Numbered from the stretch's first letter, positions 48,880-59,803 are shown. The stretch: DNA of 64,000 nucleotides from Bdellovibrio sp. (GCA_036677065.1 JAKFBS010000002.1:192001-256000), one strand, 5' to 3'. The notes: generated by a model not told the origin, from the letters alone. Program-made: numbers and translations.

Positions 48880-50658
48880 ATGAAAAACAAATTGAGCTCT
48901 CTTTTGGTCGCAGGTTTTTTAACGGTCGTGCTTCCGCTAAGCTTATTTGCCGCAGGCAAAGTTAAGAAAAACTCTAAAGTTATTCTTAGCGGTAATATCT
49001 TGGCAAATTCACAGATCGTGCCTGTCGGTGGTCAAATTAAAACAGTAATGGGTGCAGGGGCTGGTAAAATCAGCTTTTCAAGCACACGCTATTGTGGTGA
49101 TGGTGACGTGGCCTCGTATAGTGATAGCCATCCGACGACAGAATTTTATCCTTCTGATGATCCTGACACGAATATTATCGTGGGCTATTGGATTTCGCCA
49201 CAAGGCAGCCCTTTAGATTTATCTGCGAATAAGTTTTATTCTATCGGGTACGTGAAAGATTCAAAAGTTGATGCTGATGTTACTGAAAAGCTGATCGCGA
49301 CAAATTTTTCTGGCATGCCAGCCAAGAAGACTTTTAAGTTGATCGAAGATGCTGTGAAAGATCTAGCGTTTGTCGCTGAATCAACAAAACCAGCAAGTGT
49401 AGTCGGGTTATCTAATACGAAATTTAATATGAAGTTCGTCGCTATGGCTTGCCCAGTGATTAAGAACATGAATGGCATTGATAGCAGTTCGGGTATGAAT
49501 AATTTAACAATTTCGCGCCAATTTTTATCTGGCAGTAGCTTAGTCGGCACAACAAGCCTTCAGGATTATATGCAAGATGGTATTCTTGAGTCGAATGCTT
49601 CAATTAGTAAAACGCGCATTCGTGTTGAAAATGGCGGTGGTACAATTTCTGGTAAATCAATTAATTTGGATTTTGGTGGCAGCGGAAGTGAAAGTTTATC
49701 AAGTGAACTGGTGAATTTAGTTAACGATTTGGCATCAAGGTCAAAACCGAATGTTCATACATCCACTTTAACGGCGATGATCACTTCAATGACAAGCATC
49801 AGTTGCCCTTGTGATAGATTAGAATATGAAGCTGATTTATCAGGTTTAAAAGCGCGCTTTGATGCTTTTAAAAATAGACTAAGTGCCGCAAAGGCTAATT
49901 CGAGCATCTGTGATGCAAGCTCTTCTATCCGTTTTGACAGTGCCGATTACCCATGGGAATCGTTTCGCACGAATGCAGCCTGCCAACTGTATCACAAGTT
50001 ACTTGCAACAGAGTTAGCACCTTATGAAACAGCTTTGAATGAAATGTTTAGTGCGGCTGATACAAATAAAAATACTTGCCCTGCAGTTCAAGCGGCGATG
50101 AGTTCTGGATCGTGTCCAGCTCCATCAGTAGGTAATCTATCGAATATCAGCGATAGTGAATATCGTTCGCGTAAAATGGCGTTGAATAAAAAATTAATGA
50201 AAATTGTAGGAACACCAGATGCGATTCAATCGGCCCAAAGTCGTTTAAAAACAAATATTACATCTAGCAATCCAAATTTTGCGTTAAATACGGCATCATG
50301 TTTTCCGTTAACGGCGGCCAGTGGTGAATTTATTAAATATGTTGGCTCGTCAGTGGGAATTGATATTGATCCAGATCCAGTAATGTCTGGTTCAAAAGTG
50401 GTGAGCATCAATAAACAAAGTGTAGCTCACCCTGAAGGTAACTTTGCTATCGGTGGCGATGCTCCTTACTTAACCGGAACTGGCAATTCATTAGTTATGT
50501 TTAACAATACTGGCGGAGATCCGAAAATAGACTCTTCTTTTAAGGTTGAAGTTGGTACGACAACTCCGGTAGCATTAACAACAGGTATGGCGAATGTGCA
50601 GTTTCATATTCGTTCGATAGGTTGTTCACAAAATATTTATTGCTATAATGACAGATAA
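48880..50658 (+). CDS. Secreted Cys/Ser-rich protein in the pilin cluster
   Basis: Sec signal ending LFA; many Cys; ORF track start GTG 48868 overlaps the previous stop. Confidence 0.65.
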   Translation: MKNKLSSLLVAGFLTVVLPLSLFAAGKVKKNSKVILSGNILANSQIVPVGGQIKTVMGAGAGKISFSSTRYCGDGDVASYSDSHPTTEFYPSDDPDTNIIVGYWISPQGSPLDLSANKFYSIGYVKDSKVDADVTEKLIATNFSGMPAKKTFKLIEDAVKDLAFVAESTKPASVVGLSNTKFNMKFVAMACPVIKNMNGIDSSSGMNNLTISRQFLSGSSLVGTTSLQDYMQDGILESNASISKTRIRVENGGGTISGKSINLDFGGSGSESLSSELVNLVNDLASRSKPNVHTSTLTAMITSMTSISCPCDRLEYEADLSGLKARFDAFKNRLSAAKANSSICDASSSIRFDSADYPWESFRTNAACQLYHKLLATELAPYETALNEMFSAADTNKNTCPAVQAAMSSGSCPAPSVGNLSNISDSEYRSRKMALNKKLMKIVGTPDAIQSAQSRLKTNITSSNPNFALNTASCFPLTAASGEFIKYVGSSVGIDIDPDPVMSGSKVVSINKQSVAHPEGNFAIGGDAPYLTGTGNSLVMFNNTGGDPKIDSSFKVEVGTTTPVALTTGMANVQFHIRSIGCSQNIYCYNDR

Positions 50659-52336
50659 AAGAACTTTTAACCACACTCTAGGCAACAACAGCGGATCAAT
50701 CGTCGTCATGGTGATGATGGGTGCTGTTGTTATGACTGCCGTTGTGGGTATGATGTTCTATGTAAAAAATGCGACTGATTCTTTGGCGTATATTGTGTCT
50801 AAGGGCACAACCCGTGCGATGAGTGAAGAAGTGATCGGAAGTATTCTTGATGTCTATTCACAACCTTTAGTTTCTACGACGTGTGATGGCCCGCTTGTGG
50901 CTGCTGCGATCAGTTTTCGTGATTTAACAAATACTAATCCCACAACTTTTACCTGGGATTCTAATCCGTCAAATTCTTCAACGCCGCCAGCTGTTGCGGC
51001 TCGTAACTGTATTATTCCAGCCTTGATGGCCAATCAGTTAGAGCGTGTACTTATTATTTTAACTCCGATGCCGACATTGGATGATTTGCCAGGAACCCGC
51101 CGCGAACTGCGTCTTGAAATTAAATTACAAAGAAAAGGTGCCGTAGCTACGCAGTCTGTGATCAGGCACTATACTTTAAGTTTATTAAGTCTTGATCGTT
51201 ATGGCGTTATTTTTAATTCTAGTTTAGCCACTGCATTTGAAGTTGATTCTATCAGTCAATTGCATTTCGATGCGCAAGTTCTTCATAGCAATAAAACAAC
51301 ACCATTTACGTTTTCAAGCTTAGTGACCTACACCGGATCACCTAAGGCGATATTTAAACAGATAGTTTATTCATTGGCAGATAAAATTAATTCTGCAGCT
51401 GCATTTGAATTAGCCAAATTTAATGCGGTCTTTGAAAAAGGTTTTAGCACTCGCCATTTACCGCATGTAAAACATTTTCCAACAACCTATGTTGGCTATT
51501 CATGGAATGAGCCTATGGATTATCAGTATGTTTATGCCAATGCAGGCGGGGTTCAGGATTTAAGCCCTTTGCCAGCTTTAACAGGCGGAAAAACTTCAAG
51601 TAACGGAGACCCTTATAATTATAACGGTACATTAGCTAATATCACAACGTTTCCTCATTCATCAGTTTTACAAAAGCTGGCTCATACCTGTGAGATCGGT
51701 GTTTTAGGAAGTGCGATCAGTAAAATCATGGTGCTGTACCGTTCAGATGCTGAAGTCACTTTGGATTTTTCGACGGATTCAGATCCGTTAAAATTTTGCG
51801 GCCTGCTTAAAGTTAGAAAACTAACCATTAAACTTCAGCCTGGTAAAACGCATTATTTGTTCGGTAAATTTTATTTTGACCAAATCAAAGTTACTGGCGG
51901 CGGAACTTTATACATTGTCGATCCCGAACTTGATACCTTGCTTACGCAAAATTACGATAGCGTGATCAGTATGACTGATCTACGCCGTGAAATGAAAACA
52001 CTTGAAGTTTATGTTGGTAACCCTTTTTATCAGCCGATTAACAGCGATCTAACAACATTGGAAGCAACTGCCGGAAGTTACGATAAAAATTTCGGCCACA
52101 AAATGCCGTCAGACTGGTTTTCAGGAACATCACAAAAAGATTTAGCAGGAAATGTTGTTGCCCCGGGCAGTCAACTTTGTGACCCGGGTATTCCAAATTA
52201 TTACTGTTGGCCAAACTATATGCGCAGTTATCGCCGCCATATAGAAGGGTCAGGGCTGCCAAATATCAGCGTGTTATTTAACGCTTCAGGCTCATTTAAC
52301 CGCACGTTGATATTTAATGTTTCGAGGACTTTATGA
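50648..52336 (+). CDS. PilX/GspK-like prepilin (no Glu+5)
   Basis: NNSG|SIVVMVMMGAVVM hydrophobic helix after Gly. Confidence 0.6.
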   Translation: MTDKRTFNHTLGNNSGSIVVMVMMGAVVMTAVVGMMFYVKNATDSLAYIVSKGTTRAMSEEVIGSILDVYSQPLVSTTCDGPLVAAAISFRDLTNTNPTTFTWDSNPSNSSTPPAVAARNCIIPALMANQLERVLIILTPMPTLDDLPGTRRELRLEIKLQRKGAVATQSVIRHYTLSLLSLDRYGVIFNSSLATAFEVDSISQLHFDAQVLHSNKTTPFTFSSLVTYTGSPKAIFKQIVYSLADKINSAAAFELAKFNAVFEKGFSTRHLPHVKHFPTTYVGYSWNEPMDYQYVYANAGGVQDLSPLPALTGGKTSSNGDPYNYNGTLANITTFPHSSVLQKLAHTCEIGVLGSAISKIMVLYRSDAEVTLDFSTDSDPLKFCGLLKVRKLTIKLQPGKTHYLFGKFYFDQIKVTGGGTLYIVDPELDTLLTQNYDSVISMTDLRREMKTLEVYVGNPFYQPINSDLTTLEATAGSYDKNFGHKMPSDWFSGTSQKDLAGNVVAPGSQLCDPGIPNYYCWPNYMRSYRRHIEGSGLPNISVLFNASGSFNRTLIFNVSRTL

Positions 52337-52806
52337 TTATTAAAAATAATAAAGGCTTTACATTAATTGAATCAATGATGATGGGAGCTCTAGGGTTTAT
52401 TATCATCGCTGGCGCTGTTTCTGGCATTAGCTGGATTAAATCTAGCTTTAATCGTTTGTCTAAGCGTACCGTGGCGATAGAAATTGTTTCGGCTTTTTCG
52501 CAAAACTTACAGGAGCAGTTTGTTCGTTACCCCAATATAGCAATTGGCGGAACGCAAGGCACATTTGTTTTATGTTTTGATATGTCGATTCGTCCGGCAA
52601 AAAATTCTGCGGGCGGGATGGATCCGGTTGTTAAAACTTTTAGTGCTGCTAATATGAAAAAAAACAGCGGTGTTTGTGTGCTTAACGGTTACGAAATTCA
52701 TTTAACATGGACAACAACACCAAATCAATACCGCCTAATTGTTCTGGGTGTAAATAATGATTTAGGACCAGTGTATGACGAAACCGTTACAGTTTTTAAA
52801 CAGTAA
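52333..52806 (+). CDS. Small prepilin (PilV-like)
   Basis: KG|FTLIESMMMGALGFIII. Confidence 0.8.
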   Translation: MIIKNNKGFTLIESMMMGALGFIIIAGAVSGISWIKSSFNRLSKRTVAIEIVSAFSQNLQEQFVRYPNIAIGGTQGTFVLCFDMSIRPAKNSAGGMDPVVKTFSAANMKKNSGVCVLNGYEIHLTWTTTPNQYRLIVLGVNNDLGPVYDETVTVFKQ

Positions 52807-53776
52807 GAGTTTAATTCATATTTTTCTATTTGGGTTATTTTCAATAATCTTGCTGGCTTCGCTTTATCTTTTTAATGTCAGCGGTTTCGGTTACCAGATC
52901 AAGTCTTCTGAAAAAGATGTACTTTGGTTGTTAATTATTTTTTCTTATCCGCATTTTATCGCCAGTTATTATTGGTTTTATAAAAACAAAACTTTACGTG
53001 AAGAAAATCGTTTTGTCGGAAAGTACTTGCCATGGATGATCGTGGGATTGCTGGCTTTAGTTTTTACTTTGAAGGCGGGTTTTTTAGTGCAGCCGATGTT
53101 GATCGCAGCCTGGATTTTACTTTTCTGGCACTTGGCTAAACAAAGTTACGGCTGTTCAGTATTTTTGGCGAAAGAAAAATTTCCAGTCACGAGTAAATCT
53201 TTGCTTTTATACAGCTATCTAAGTCTTGCCGGATTTGGTTTTTTAAATATTCAAAGACATGAAGCTAAAGTTTTGCTTTTTAAAAGTTATGTGAGTGTTT
53301 ATAAGGTGCCAGAAGGTTTTGCTTACGCGCTGTTAGGTTTTGCCTGGATTTTATTTTTTGCGTTTATTGTAACTTATGTAAAACAGACTGCAGATAAAAA
53401 TGCGAGCTATCAAAAAATAGCCATGATCAGTGTTCCGTGGGTTGCGAACTTAATGTGGTTTTCGTGGTGGACTGTTGAAAGCTTTTTTGTGCTGATTCCG
53501 GTATTTCATGCGCTTCAGTACAGCCCCTTTATTTTACAGGGAATATCCCGCTTACAAAGCGAGACAAAAGATTTTATAAAGGTAATGACGGGGATTTTTG
53601 CCGTTTCGATTTTGTTTTTCGTAGGTTTACCCTTAATTGCGAATCGATACGCACCCCAAATGGCAGAATCGGTAGTGACTTCGATGTTTGTCTTTTTTAA
53701 CTTACATCATTTTTTTATTGATTCGGTCGGATGGAAGTTAAGTAAAGAATCGATCAGAAAAATTCTTTTTAATTAA
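52775..53776 (+). CDS. Polytopic membrane protein with conserved-looking His motifs
   Basis: About 9-10 TM segments; YPHF, WHLAKQSYG, FHALQY, LHHFFID..WK. Confidence 0.7.
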   Translation: MTKPLQFLNSKSLIHIFLFGLFSIILLASLYLFNVSGFGYQIKSSEKDVLWLLIIFSYPHFIASYYWFYKNKTLREENRFVGKYLPWMIVGLLALVFTLKAGFLVQPMLIAAWILLFWHLAKQSYGCSVFLAKEKFPVTSKSLLLYSYLSLAGFGFLNIQRHEAKVLLFKSYVSVYKVPEGFAYALLGFAWILFFAFIVTYVKQTADKNASYQKIAMISVPWVANLMWFSWWTVESFFVLIPVFHALQYSPFILQGISRLQSETKDFIKVMTGIFAVSILFFVGLPLIANRYAPQMAESVVTSMFVFFNLHHFFIDSVGWKLSKESIRKILFN

Positions 53777-53798
53777 GCTGTATAATTTAAAAAATCGC

Positions 53799-53832
53799 AA
53801 AAAAAAAGCGAGTGTTGACTCGCTTTTTTTTA
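53799..53832. terminator. Bidirectional terminator between the pilin cluster and tatA
   Basis: A-run GCGAGT-gttg-ACTCGC T-run between convergent genes. Confidence 0.88.
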
Positions 53833-53851
53833 CTTTGATCAGTATGAAGAA

Positions 53852-54094
53852 TTAAGAGTTCTGATCTTGTTTTTGTTTTTCAGTTTGAGCTTGGTTTACA
53901 CCTTGTTTGTTAGCATTAAGTTGTTCTTGCGGGCTAACATCTTTTGCTTCAGTGTCGATTTCGTTTAAGCCTTGTTTAAAGCCTTTGATCGCTTTACCTA
54001 ATGATTGGCCTAAAGCTGGTAGACGGCTTGGTCCAAAAAAGATCAATAAAATTAAAGATAAAATCAGAATATGTGAAAGGCTAAACTCACCCAC
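53852..54094 (-). CDS. tatA: Twin-arginine translocase subunit TatA/E
   Basis: LLIFFGPSRLPALGQSLGKAIKGFK. Confidence 0.92.
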   Translation of the reverse strand: MGEFSLSHILILSLILLIFFGPSRLPALGQSLGKAIKGFKQGLNEIDTEAKDVSPQEQLNANKQGVNQAQTEKQKQDQNS

Positions 54095-54141
54095 GGTAGG
54101 CTCCTTGTTTATAGAAATTACTATCTATTCAGGAGTTCAGA

Positions 54142-54606
54142 TTACTCTTGTTCAGCCGGTATTTCAACAATTTCAATTGATGATTCGTCTGTATTGTTGC
54201 TCAAATCACCCTGAGACTGGTCTTTAGACATGGGTAGTTCGCGCGCACCGCTTGAACGCTTAATGTAACCCTCTTTAGAAGGTCTATTGTTTTGAATTGA
54301 GATATTATCATCAGAGCTCGGAGCCGCAGAAGCTTTAGCTGATTCGCCCTTTGAAATCTTTTTTAGTTTGTTTTCAAAACGGCTTTTAACAGCAGCTAAT
54401 TCTTCTTCGTACTCTTTGCGCACTTCTTTAATTTGCGACTGCTTTTGATCAGTCACACAGTTTTTATAAGTTTCAGCAGCAATTTCTTTAGCTTTATTTC
54501 GGCACATAAGTTCAAAAGAACCTCCGCCGACAGCAGCCATTGATGAATTTGAAACGCTCAAGATTCCTAAGATTAAAACTGTTTTTAAAGCTGTGCTTTT
54601 TTTCAT
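54142..54606 (-). CDS. Secreted hypothetical protein
   Basis: Signal peptide, C..KAKE.A...YKNC, coiled coil. Confidence 0.7.
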   Translation of the reverse strand: MKKSTALKTVLILGILSVSNSSMAAVGGGSFELMCRNKAKEIAAETYKNCVTDQKQSQIKEVRKEYEEELAAVKSRFENKLKKISKGESAKASAAPSSDDNISIQNNRPSKEGYIKRSSGARELPMSKDQSQGDLSNNTDESSIEIVEIPAEQE

Positions 54607-54736
54607 AAACTAAACCCCATTAAATTATTTCATTAATGAAGTATTACAATCCACAGGCCAGATAATGAGGAATATAGAGGACTTATGAGAAGTCCCTAAG
54701 GAAAAATATTCAGAGTTGTACTGTTTAACGACGGTC

Positions 54737-55996
54737 TTAGCGGCGAACTGTTTTAGGGTCGATAGCGTCTTGTAGGCCATCACCTAAGAAGTTAAAGCTG
54801 ACAACCACTAAGAAGATCAAGATACCCGGTAAAACCGCTAAGAACGGAGCCTGGTAAATCAACTCTTGGGCGTTGAATAGCATGTTACCCCAGCTAGGCA
54901 TAGGCGGTTGAATTCCTAAACCCAAGTAAGATAAAGCCGCTTCGAATAGAATCGAATCACCCACACCTAAAGTTACAGATACCAATAGCGGAGCAACAAC
55001 GTTTGGAAACATATGACGAACGATGATCGTTAAATCGGTAGCACCCAATGTTTTAGAAGCTAAGATAAACTCACGCTCACGTAACGATAAAATACTGCCG
55101 CGAATTAAGCGAGCCACAGTCATCCATGAAAATAAACAAAGAATAAATACAAGCTTGTAGATAGACTCTTTACCGCCAGAGAAAATGTTATTCACCAGCT
55201 CTTGCGCTAAGTTTCCGCCAGTTGCACCGAATAGGCCTTCAGCAACGCTGACTAAGCCGCCTAAAACCTTCTTAAGATCAATGGCAGCGATAACAACCAA
55301 GACTGGTAAAATGGGAAGCGATAGAAGTGAATCTGTCACGCGCATTAAAACCGTGTCGATGATTCCGCCGTAATACCCAGCCAGCGAACCAATAATTAAC
55401 CCAATTAAAGCAGAAGCTATTGCAACTAAAATACCTACACCGATTGAAACGCGAGTACCGTAAACTAAGCGCATTAAAACATCGCGGCCAAGTTCGTCTG
55501 TTCCAAACAAGTGAAAGCTTTTAAAGTTATGAACCATTTTAACAAGCTCATCTTTTTTGCCGGTGTCGATGGCTTTGATAGTTTCGATGGCTTTTGATTC
55601 ATCTAAATTGACCCAGTCATATAAAGCATCTTCTGGGCGCACAGGTTGCACAAGATTTTTTTCTAAAAGCGAAGTTTGAATCTTTGTCGCTTCTTCAGGA
55701 TTTGCGCGAATGAAGTTTTGAATAGCTTGTTCGCGCGCATCTTGTGGGGCGATGATTTTAGAAAATGGTGGCTTGTAGCGGTTAAAAACGTTTTGCGAAT
55801 CTGAATCAGTGCCTGTGGCGTATTCGATTACGGGTGCAAGGATTGCGACCAACATGAAAAACAGGATTAACCAGGCGCCAAATACAGCGGCCTTGTGTTC
55901 TTTAAATTGGGTGTAAACAATTTGAAAAAACGTTTGAGAGGTTTCAATACTTTTAAGTTCAGCAGCCGAAGGTGGCGTATTTACTGTTTCGCTCAT
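54737..55996 (-). CDS. oppC: Peptide ABC transporter permease
   Basis: HLFGTDELGRD, ARLIRG..LS.REREF, EAALSYLGLG, GDGLQDAIDP. Confidence 0.9.
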   Translation of the reverse strand: MSETVNTPPSAAELKSIETSQTFFQIVYTQFKEHKAAVFGAWLILFFMLVAILAPVIEYATGTDSDSQNVFNRYKPPFSKIIAPQDAREQAIQNFIRANPEEATKIQTSLLEKNLVQPVRPEDALYDWVNLDESKAIETIKAIDTGKKDELVKMVHNFKSFHLFGTDELGRDVLMRLVYGTRVSIGVGILVAIASALIGLIIGSLAGYYGGIIDTVLMRVTDSLLSLPILPVLVVIAAIDLKKVLGGLVSVAEGLFGATGGNLAQELVNNIFSGGKESIYKLVFILCLFSWMTVARLIRGSILSLREREFILASKTLGATDLTIIVRHMFPNVVAPLLVSVTLGVGDSILFEAALSYLGLGIQPPMPSWGNMLFNAQELIYQAPFLAVLPGILIFLVVVSFNFLGDGLQDAIDPKTVRR

Positions 55997-56010
55997 TGTC
56001 TCATTCCCTC

Positions 56011-56982
56011 TTATTTGTACGAAATTCTTGGATCTGCAGCGCCGTACAACAAGTCAGCGACTAAGTTCATTAGTAAAACCATAGCAATAGAAATAATAAA
56101 ACTAATCATCGCCACGTTAAAATCATTACCGATGATTGATGTGTAAATTAAACGTCCAACACCAGGGTAGGCAAATAACGACTCAGTAATAAGTGCTCCT
56201 GAAAACACCGACGAGAAGCTGATCGCAACGATGGTAATTAACGGGATTAAAGCATTTCTAAAGCCATGTTTCCAGATCACAACTTGTTCAGACATTCCTT
56301 TGGCGCGGGCAGTGCGGATAAAATCATTTCTCATGGCTTCAACCATTGCTGAACGCGAGAAGCGAGAAAAACGGCCGATCGATTGAACTGATAATGATAA
56401 AATTGGTAAAATTAAATATTTGGCTTTATCTAGTAACTCTTCAAACAAGTTATTGTAATGCATGCCTGTCGTTTGATAACCACCAGCCGGTAACCAGCCA
56501 AGACCTACCGAGAAAATAATAATTAAAACGATACCTAAAAAGAATGAAGGAATCGAGATTCCCCCGAAATTGAAAATATTAACCAAATAATCCATTTTAG
56601 AATTTGGTTTTAAAGCACAGTAGATTCCCAGCGGAATTCCTACCATAATAGCAAATAGCAGCGATCCCATTGATAATACAAAGGTCGCTTTTAGTGATGG
56701 TCCCATCATCTCGGTTACGGGAATGCGGTAAGTGCGTGAATAACCTAAATCACCTTTAGCGATTTCAGATACCCAGTTAAAATAACGAACATAAGTCGGT
56801 TGATCTAAACCGTAGAAAGCTCTTAAACGAACAACATCTTCTTGAGTGATTTTAGGATTAGCAGAAATCATTAATTCAATCGGATCACCCGGCATTAATG
56901 TCATTAAGCTAAAGCACACGTAAGACAAGATAACGATTACCATTAATGTCTGTAGAATGCGGCGAAGTATGTATGTAGTCAT
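56011..56982 (-). CDS. oppB: Peptide ABC transporter permease
   Basis: PGDP, GDLGYS, RTARAKG, RNALIP, DLLYGAADPRI. Confidence 0.92.
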   Translation of the reverse strand: MTTYILRRILQTLMVIVILSYVCFSLMTLMPGDPIELMISANPKITQEDVVRLRAFYGLDQPTYVRYFNWVSEIAKGDLGYSRTYRIPVTEMMGPSLKATFVLSMGSLLFAIMVGIPLGIYCALKPNSKMDYLVNIFNFGGISIPSFFLGIVLIIIFSVGLGWLPAGGYQTTGMHYNNLFEELLDKAKYLILPILSLSVQSIGRFSRFSRSAMVEAMRNDFIRTARAKGMSEQVVIWKHGFRNALIPLITIVAISFSSVFSGALITESLFAYPGVGRLIYTSIIGNDFNVAMISFIISIAMVLLMNLVADLLYGAADPRISYK

Positions 56983-57006
56983 CGATCGGTTCCTGTATGA
57001 GAAAAT

Positions 57007-57040
57007 AAAAAGGACAACCGATTACTCGGTTATCCTTTTT
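57007..57040 (-). terminator. Intra-operon hairpin after the binding-protein gene
   Basis: AAAAAGGACAACCG-attact-CGGTTATCCTTTTT. Confidence 0.7.
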
Positions 57041-57053
57041 GTAATGTATCAAA

Positions 57054-58781
57054 CTATTCTAAATTCCAAAGCTCAACTACGTTGGTCTCAGGGAATTGGT
57101 GGCCAGTTAAACGGTAACCTTTTAATTGGTTAGGAATAACTGCAACGTCAGAACGGTAGTATAAAGGTAAAACTGGCACTTCATCAGTGTAAGCTTTTAA
57201 AACTTCATGAACCATTTCAATACGTTTTTCGTTTTTCATTTCTGTATCTAAAGCTTCTAAAGTTTTATCAACAGTAGCGTTTGACCAACCCATGTAGTTT
57301 TGGCCAGACCAACCGTTTTTAGCAGTAGGAATATTTTTAGAAGAGAAAGTTGATTTAGGTGTATTTTCTGGAGAAGAAACCCAGGCAAATAACGCCATAG
57401 AATCAAACGCACGTTTTTTAGTAGTTTCACCGAAGAATACGCGAGCTGGTTCATTTTTAGCATTTACTTCGATACCAACTTGTTTCCATTGATTTTGAAG
57501 ATAAACTTGAACTAATTCACGAGTTTTGTTTCCAGCAGTTGTCATCACTGTGAAAGATAGGCGTTTGCCATCTTTAACGCGGATGCCATCAGCACCTGGT
57601 TTCCAACCGGCTTCGTCTAATAAACGTTCAGCTTCGCGTTTATTGTATTTGTAAATAGTCACTTTAGCTGGATCAGCCGTAAACCATGGATCACGTGGAG
57701 TCACCGAGTGAATTGCCGGTTGTTGTTTGCCTTCGAATAAAGCGTTAACAAGGTCTTCTTTGTTGATCGCGAAGTTTAAGGCTTTACGAACGCGCACATC
57801 TTTTAAGAAAGCGTTGTCTAAGTTTAAATCGATGTGTTCATACACAGTCGATGGTTGGAATAAAACTTGGTAACCTAAGTTTTCAGATTTAACTTTTTTC
57901 TCGAAAGCTAAAGCTTGATCTAGGGCTAAACCTAAAGTCGAAATTAAATCGATTGTGCCCGAACGTAAGTTCGCCTCAAGCGTACCAGTGTTAGGAATTA
58001 ATTTTACGATGATTTTTTTGATGTTTGCTTGAGTTCCGTAGAACTTAGGATTCGGAACGAAAGTAACGTGGTCACCTAATTGAATTTCAGAAATTAAGTA
58101 AGGGCCATTGAAAAGACCAACATTTGTAGGATCTTTAGAGTAGATAGAATTCTTCTCGTAGCCTTCTTTTTGTGCGCCATGTTTTTTGAATACGGCTTCT
58201 TCCAATTGTTTTGGAACTGGGTAGAAGGTGCCTAACATGTAGAAATCCCATTTTGCTTTTTCATATGTGAATAAGCATTTTTTAGGGTTTTTATCTACTA
58301 GTTCGATTTTTTCTACTTGCGTGTAAACTTCTTTTTCGCCTACGCCCACATTTGGCGAAGAAGCAATTTTAACTGCTAAAGAAAAGTCGTCGCAAGTGAT
58401 AGGAGTGCCATCACCCCATGTAGCGTTGTCTAATAATTCCCAAGTGGCTTGTAGTTTTTCTTTACCACCGATTTTTACGATTTTAGCCGTACCATCATCA
58501 AGAGAAGGAATGGCTTTCGCTAACTGTGGAACCCATTTGCCGTCAGCATCGATAGTTACTAAAGTTCTATTAACCATACGTTGCATGTATGTTGTTGCTA
58601 ACATAGATGAAATTAATGGATTAAAGTTTTCGAACTCTTGCGAGATACCGATTTTTAATTCGTTGTTTGTTAACTTAGTGCCTGCTCCTTGAGCTTGTAC
58701 TTCGCCGGTTTGACCAGCGTCTTTTTTAGTACAAGCAGCAACTAACATTGCTACTACTAAAAGACCCGTTAAATTTTTCAT
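57054..58781 (-). CDS. oppA: Peptide ABC transporter substrate-binding lipoprotein (SBP family 5)
   Basis: Lipobox VAAC, WGDGTPIT, DVRVRKAL, LLDEAGW. Confidence 0.9.
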   Translation of the reverse strand: MKNLTGLLVVAMLVAACTKKDAGQTGEVQAQGAGTKLTNNELKIGISQEFENFNPLISSMLATTYMQRMVNRTLVTIDADGKWVPQLAKAIPSLDDGTAKIVKIGGKEKLQATWELLDNATWGDGTPITCDDFSLAVKIASSPNVGVGEKEVYTQVEKIELVDKNPKKCLFTYEKAKWDFYMLGTFYPVPKQLEEAVFKKHGAQKEGYEKNSIYSKDPTNVGLFNGPYLISEIQLGDHVTFVPNPKFYGTQANIKKIIVKLIPNTGTLEANLRSGTIDLISTLGLALDQALAFEKKVKSENLGYQVLFQPSTVYEHIDLNLDNAFLKDVRVRKALNFAINKEDLVNALFEGKQQPAIHSVTPRDPWFTADPAKVTIYKYNKREAERLLDEAGWKPGADGIRVKDGKRLSFTVMTTAGNKTRELVQVYLQNQWKQVGIEVNAKNEPARVFFGETTKKRAFDSMALFAWVSSPENTPKSTFSSKNIPTAKNGWSGQNYMGWSNATVDKTLEALDTEMKNEKRIEMVHEVLKAYTDEVPVLPLYYRSDVAVIPNQLKGYRLTGHQFPETNVVELWNLE

Positions 58782-59797
58782 GACAACTCCTTTTGTGTCG
58801 TTGAATTTAGTTTATAATGGCATGCAGCTTGGTGGCCGATTTCGCCTGTGAGCTCAGGACGCTCAGTCACGCATCGGTCTTGTTTATAAGGGCAGCGTGG
58901 GTGGAACGTGCAGCCCGATGGCGGATTAATCGGAGATGGAATTTCGCCGGTTAAGATTTTCGCCATTTTCTTTTTACCCGTACCGATAGATGGAATAGAT
59001 CCAAGTAAGGCATGAGTGTAAGGATGATGTGGATTTTTAAATAATTCTTCGCGCGTTGTTAATTCAACGATACGACCTAAGTACATGACCGCTACGCGGT
59101 CACAAACGTGTTCGATCACTGATAAATCATGCGAAATAAAAATATACGTTAAACCTAAGCGCTCTTGTAGATCTTTAAGTAAATTTAAAATCTGCGCCTG
59201 AATTGAAACATCAAGTGCAGAAACTGGTTCATCGCATATAATTAATTTTGGATCTAGTGCAATAGCGCGCGCGATTGAAATACGTTGGCGTTGACCGCCA
59301 GAGAATTCATGCGGGTAGCGATTGATGTGCGACGGACGCAAGCCCACTAGTTCTAATAATTGTTGCACGCGTGCGGTGCGCTCTTTAGGGCCTAAGATAT
59401 TGTGAATCACGAATGGTTGTTCGATGATTTGACCAACAGTCATACGTGGATCTAAAGACGCATAAGGATCTTGGAAGATCATTTGAATGTCTTTACGAGC
59501 TGCACGTAAATCTTTACCAGAGGCATCTAAAAAGTTTTTATGTTCGAATTCGATTTGGCCGGCAGTTGGTTCGTATAAACGAATCAGTGTTCTGCCTAAA
59601 GTTGATTTGCCGCAGCCTGATTCGCCAACTAAACCTAAAGTTTCACCTTTGCGAACTGTTAAACTTACATCGTCGACAGCTTTTACATCAGCCACGTGAC
59701 GCAAAAAGAATCCCTTTTTAATAGGAAAATATTTTTTGATATTTTTTGCGACTAAAATGTTTTCTGAGTCGGAATGTTTAGCGTGATCACTCATCAT
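58778..59797 (-). CDS. oppF: Peptide ABC transporter ATPase
   Basis: [32 protein letters not shown]. Confidence 0.93.
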   Translation of the reverse strand: MMSDHAKHSDSENILVAKNIKKYFPIKKGFFLRHVADVKAVDDVSLTVRKGETLGLVGESGCGKSTLGRTLIRLYEPTAGQIEFEHKNFLDASGKDLRAARKDIQMIFQDPYASLDPRMTVGQIIEQPFVIHNILGPKERTARVQQLLELVGLRPSHINRYPHEFSGGQRQRISIARAIALDPKLIICDEPVSALDVSIQAQILNLLKDLQERLGLTYIFISHDLSVIEHVCDRVAVMYLGRIVELTTREELFKNPHHPYTHALLGSIPSIGTGKKKMAKILTGEIPSPINPPSGCTFHPRCPYKQDRCVTERPELTGEIGHQAACHYKLNSTTQKELS

Positions 59798-59803
59798 AGT
59801 CTC

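Noticed and set aside
54737..55996. Extra segments in the OppC permease
   Set aside because: Loop insertions are common in this family and no recognisable domain is present.
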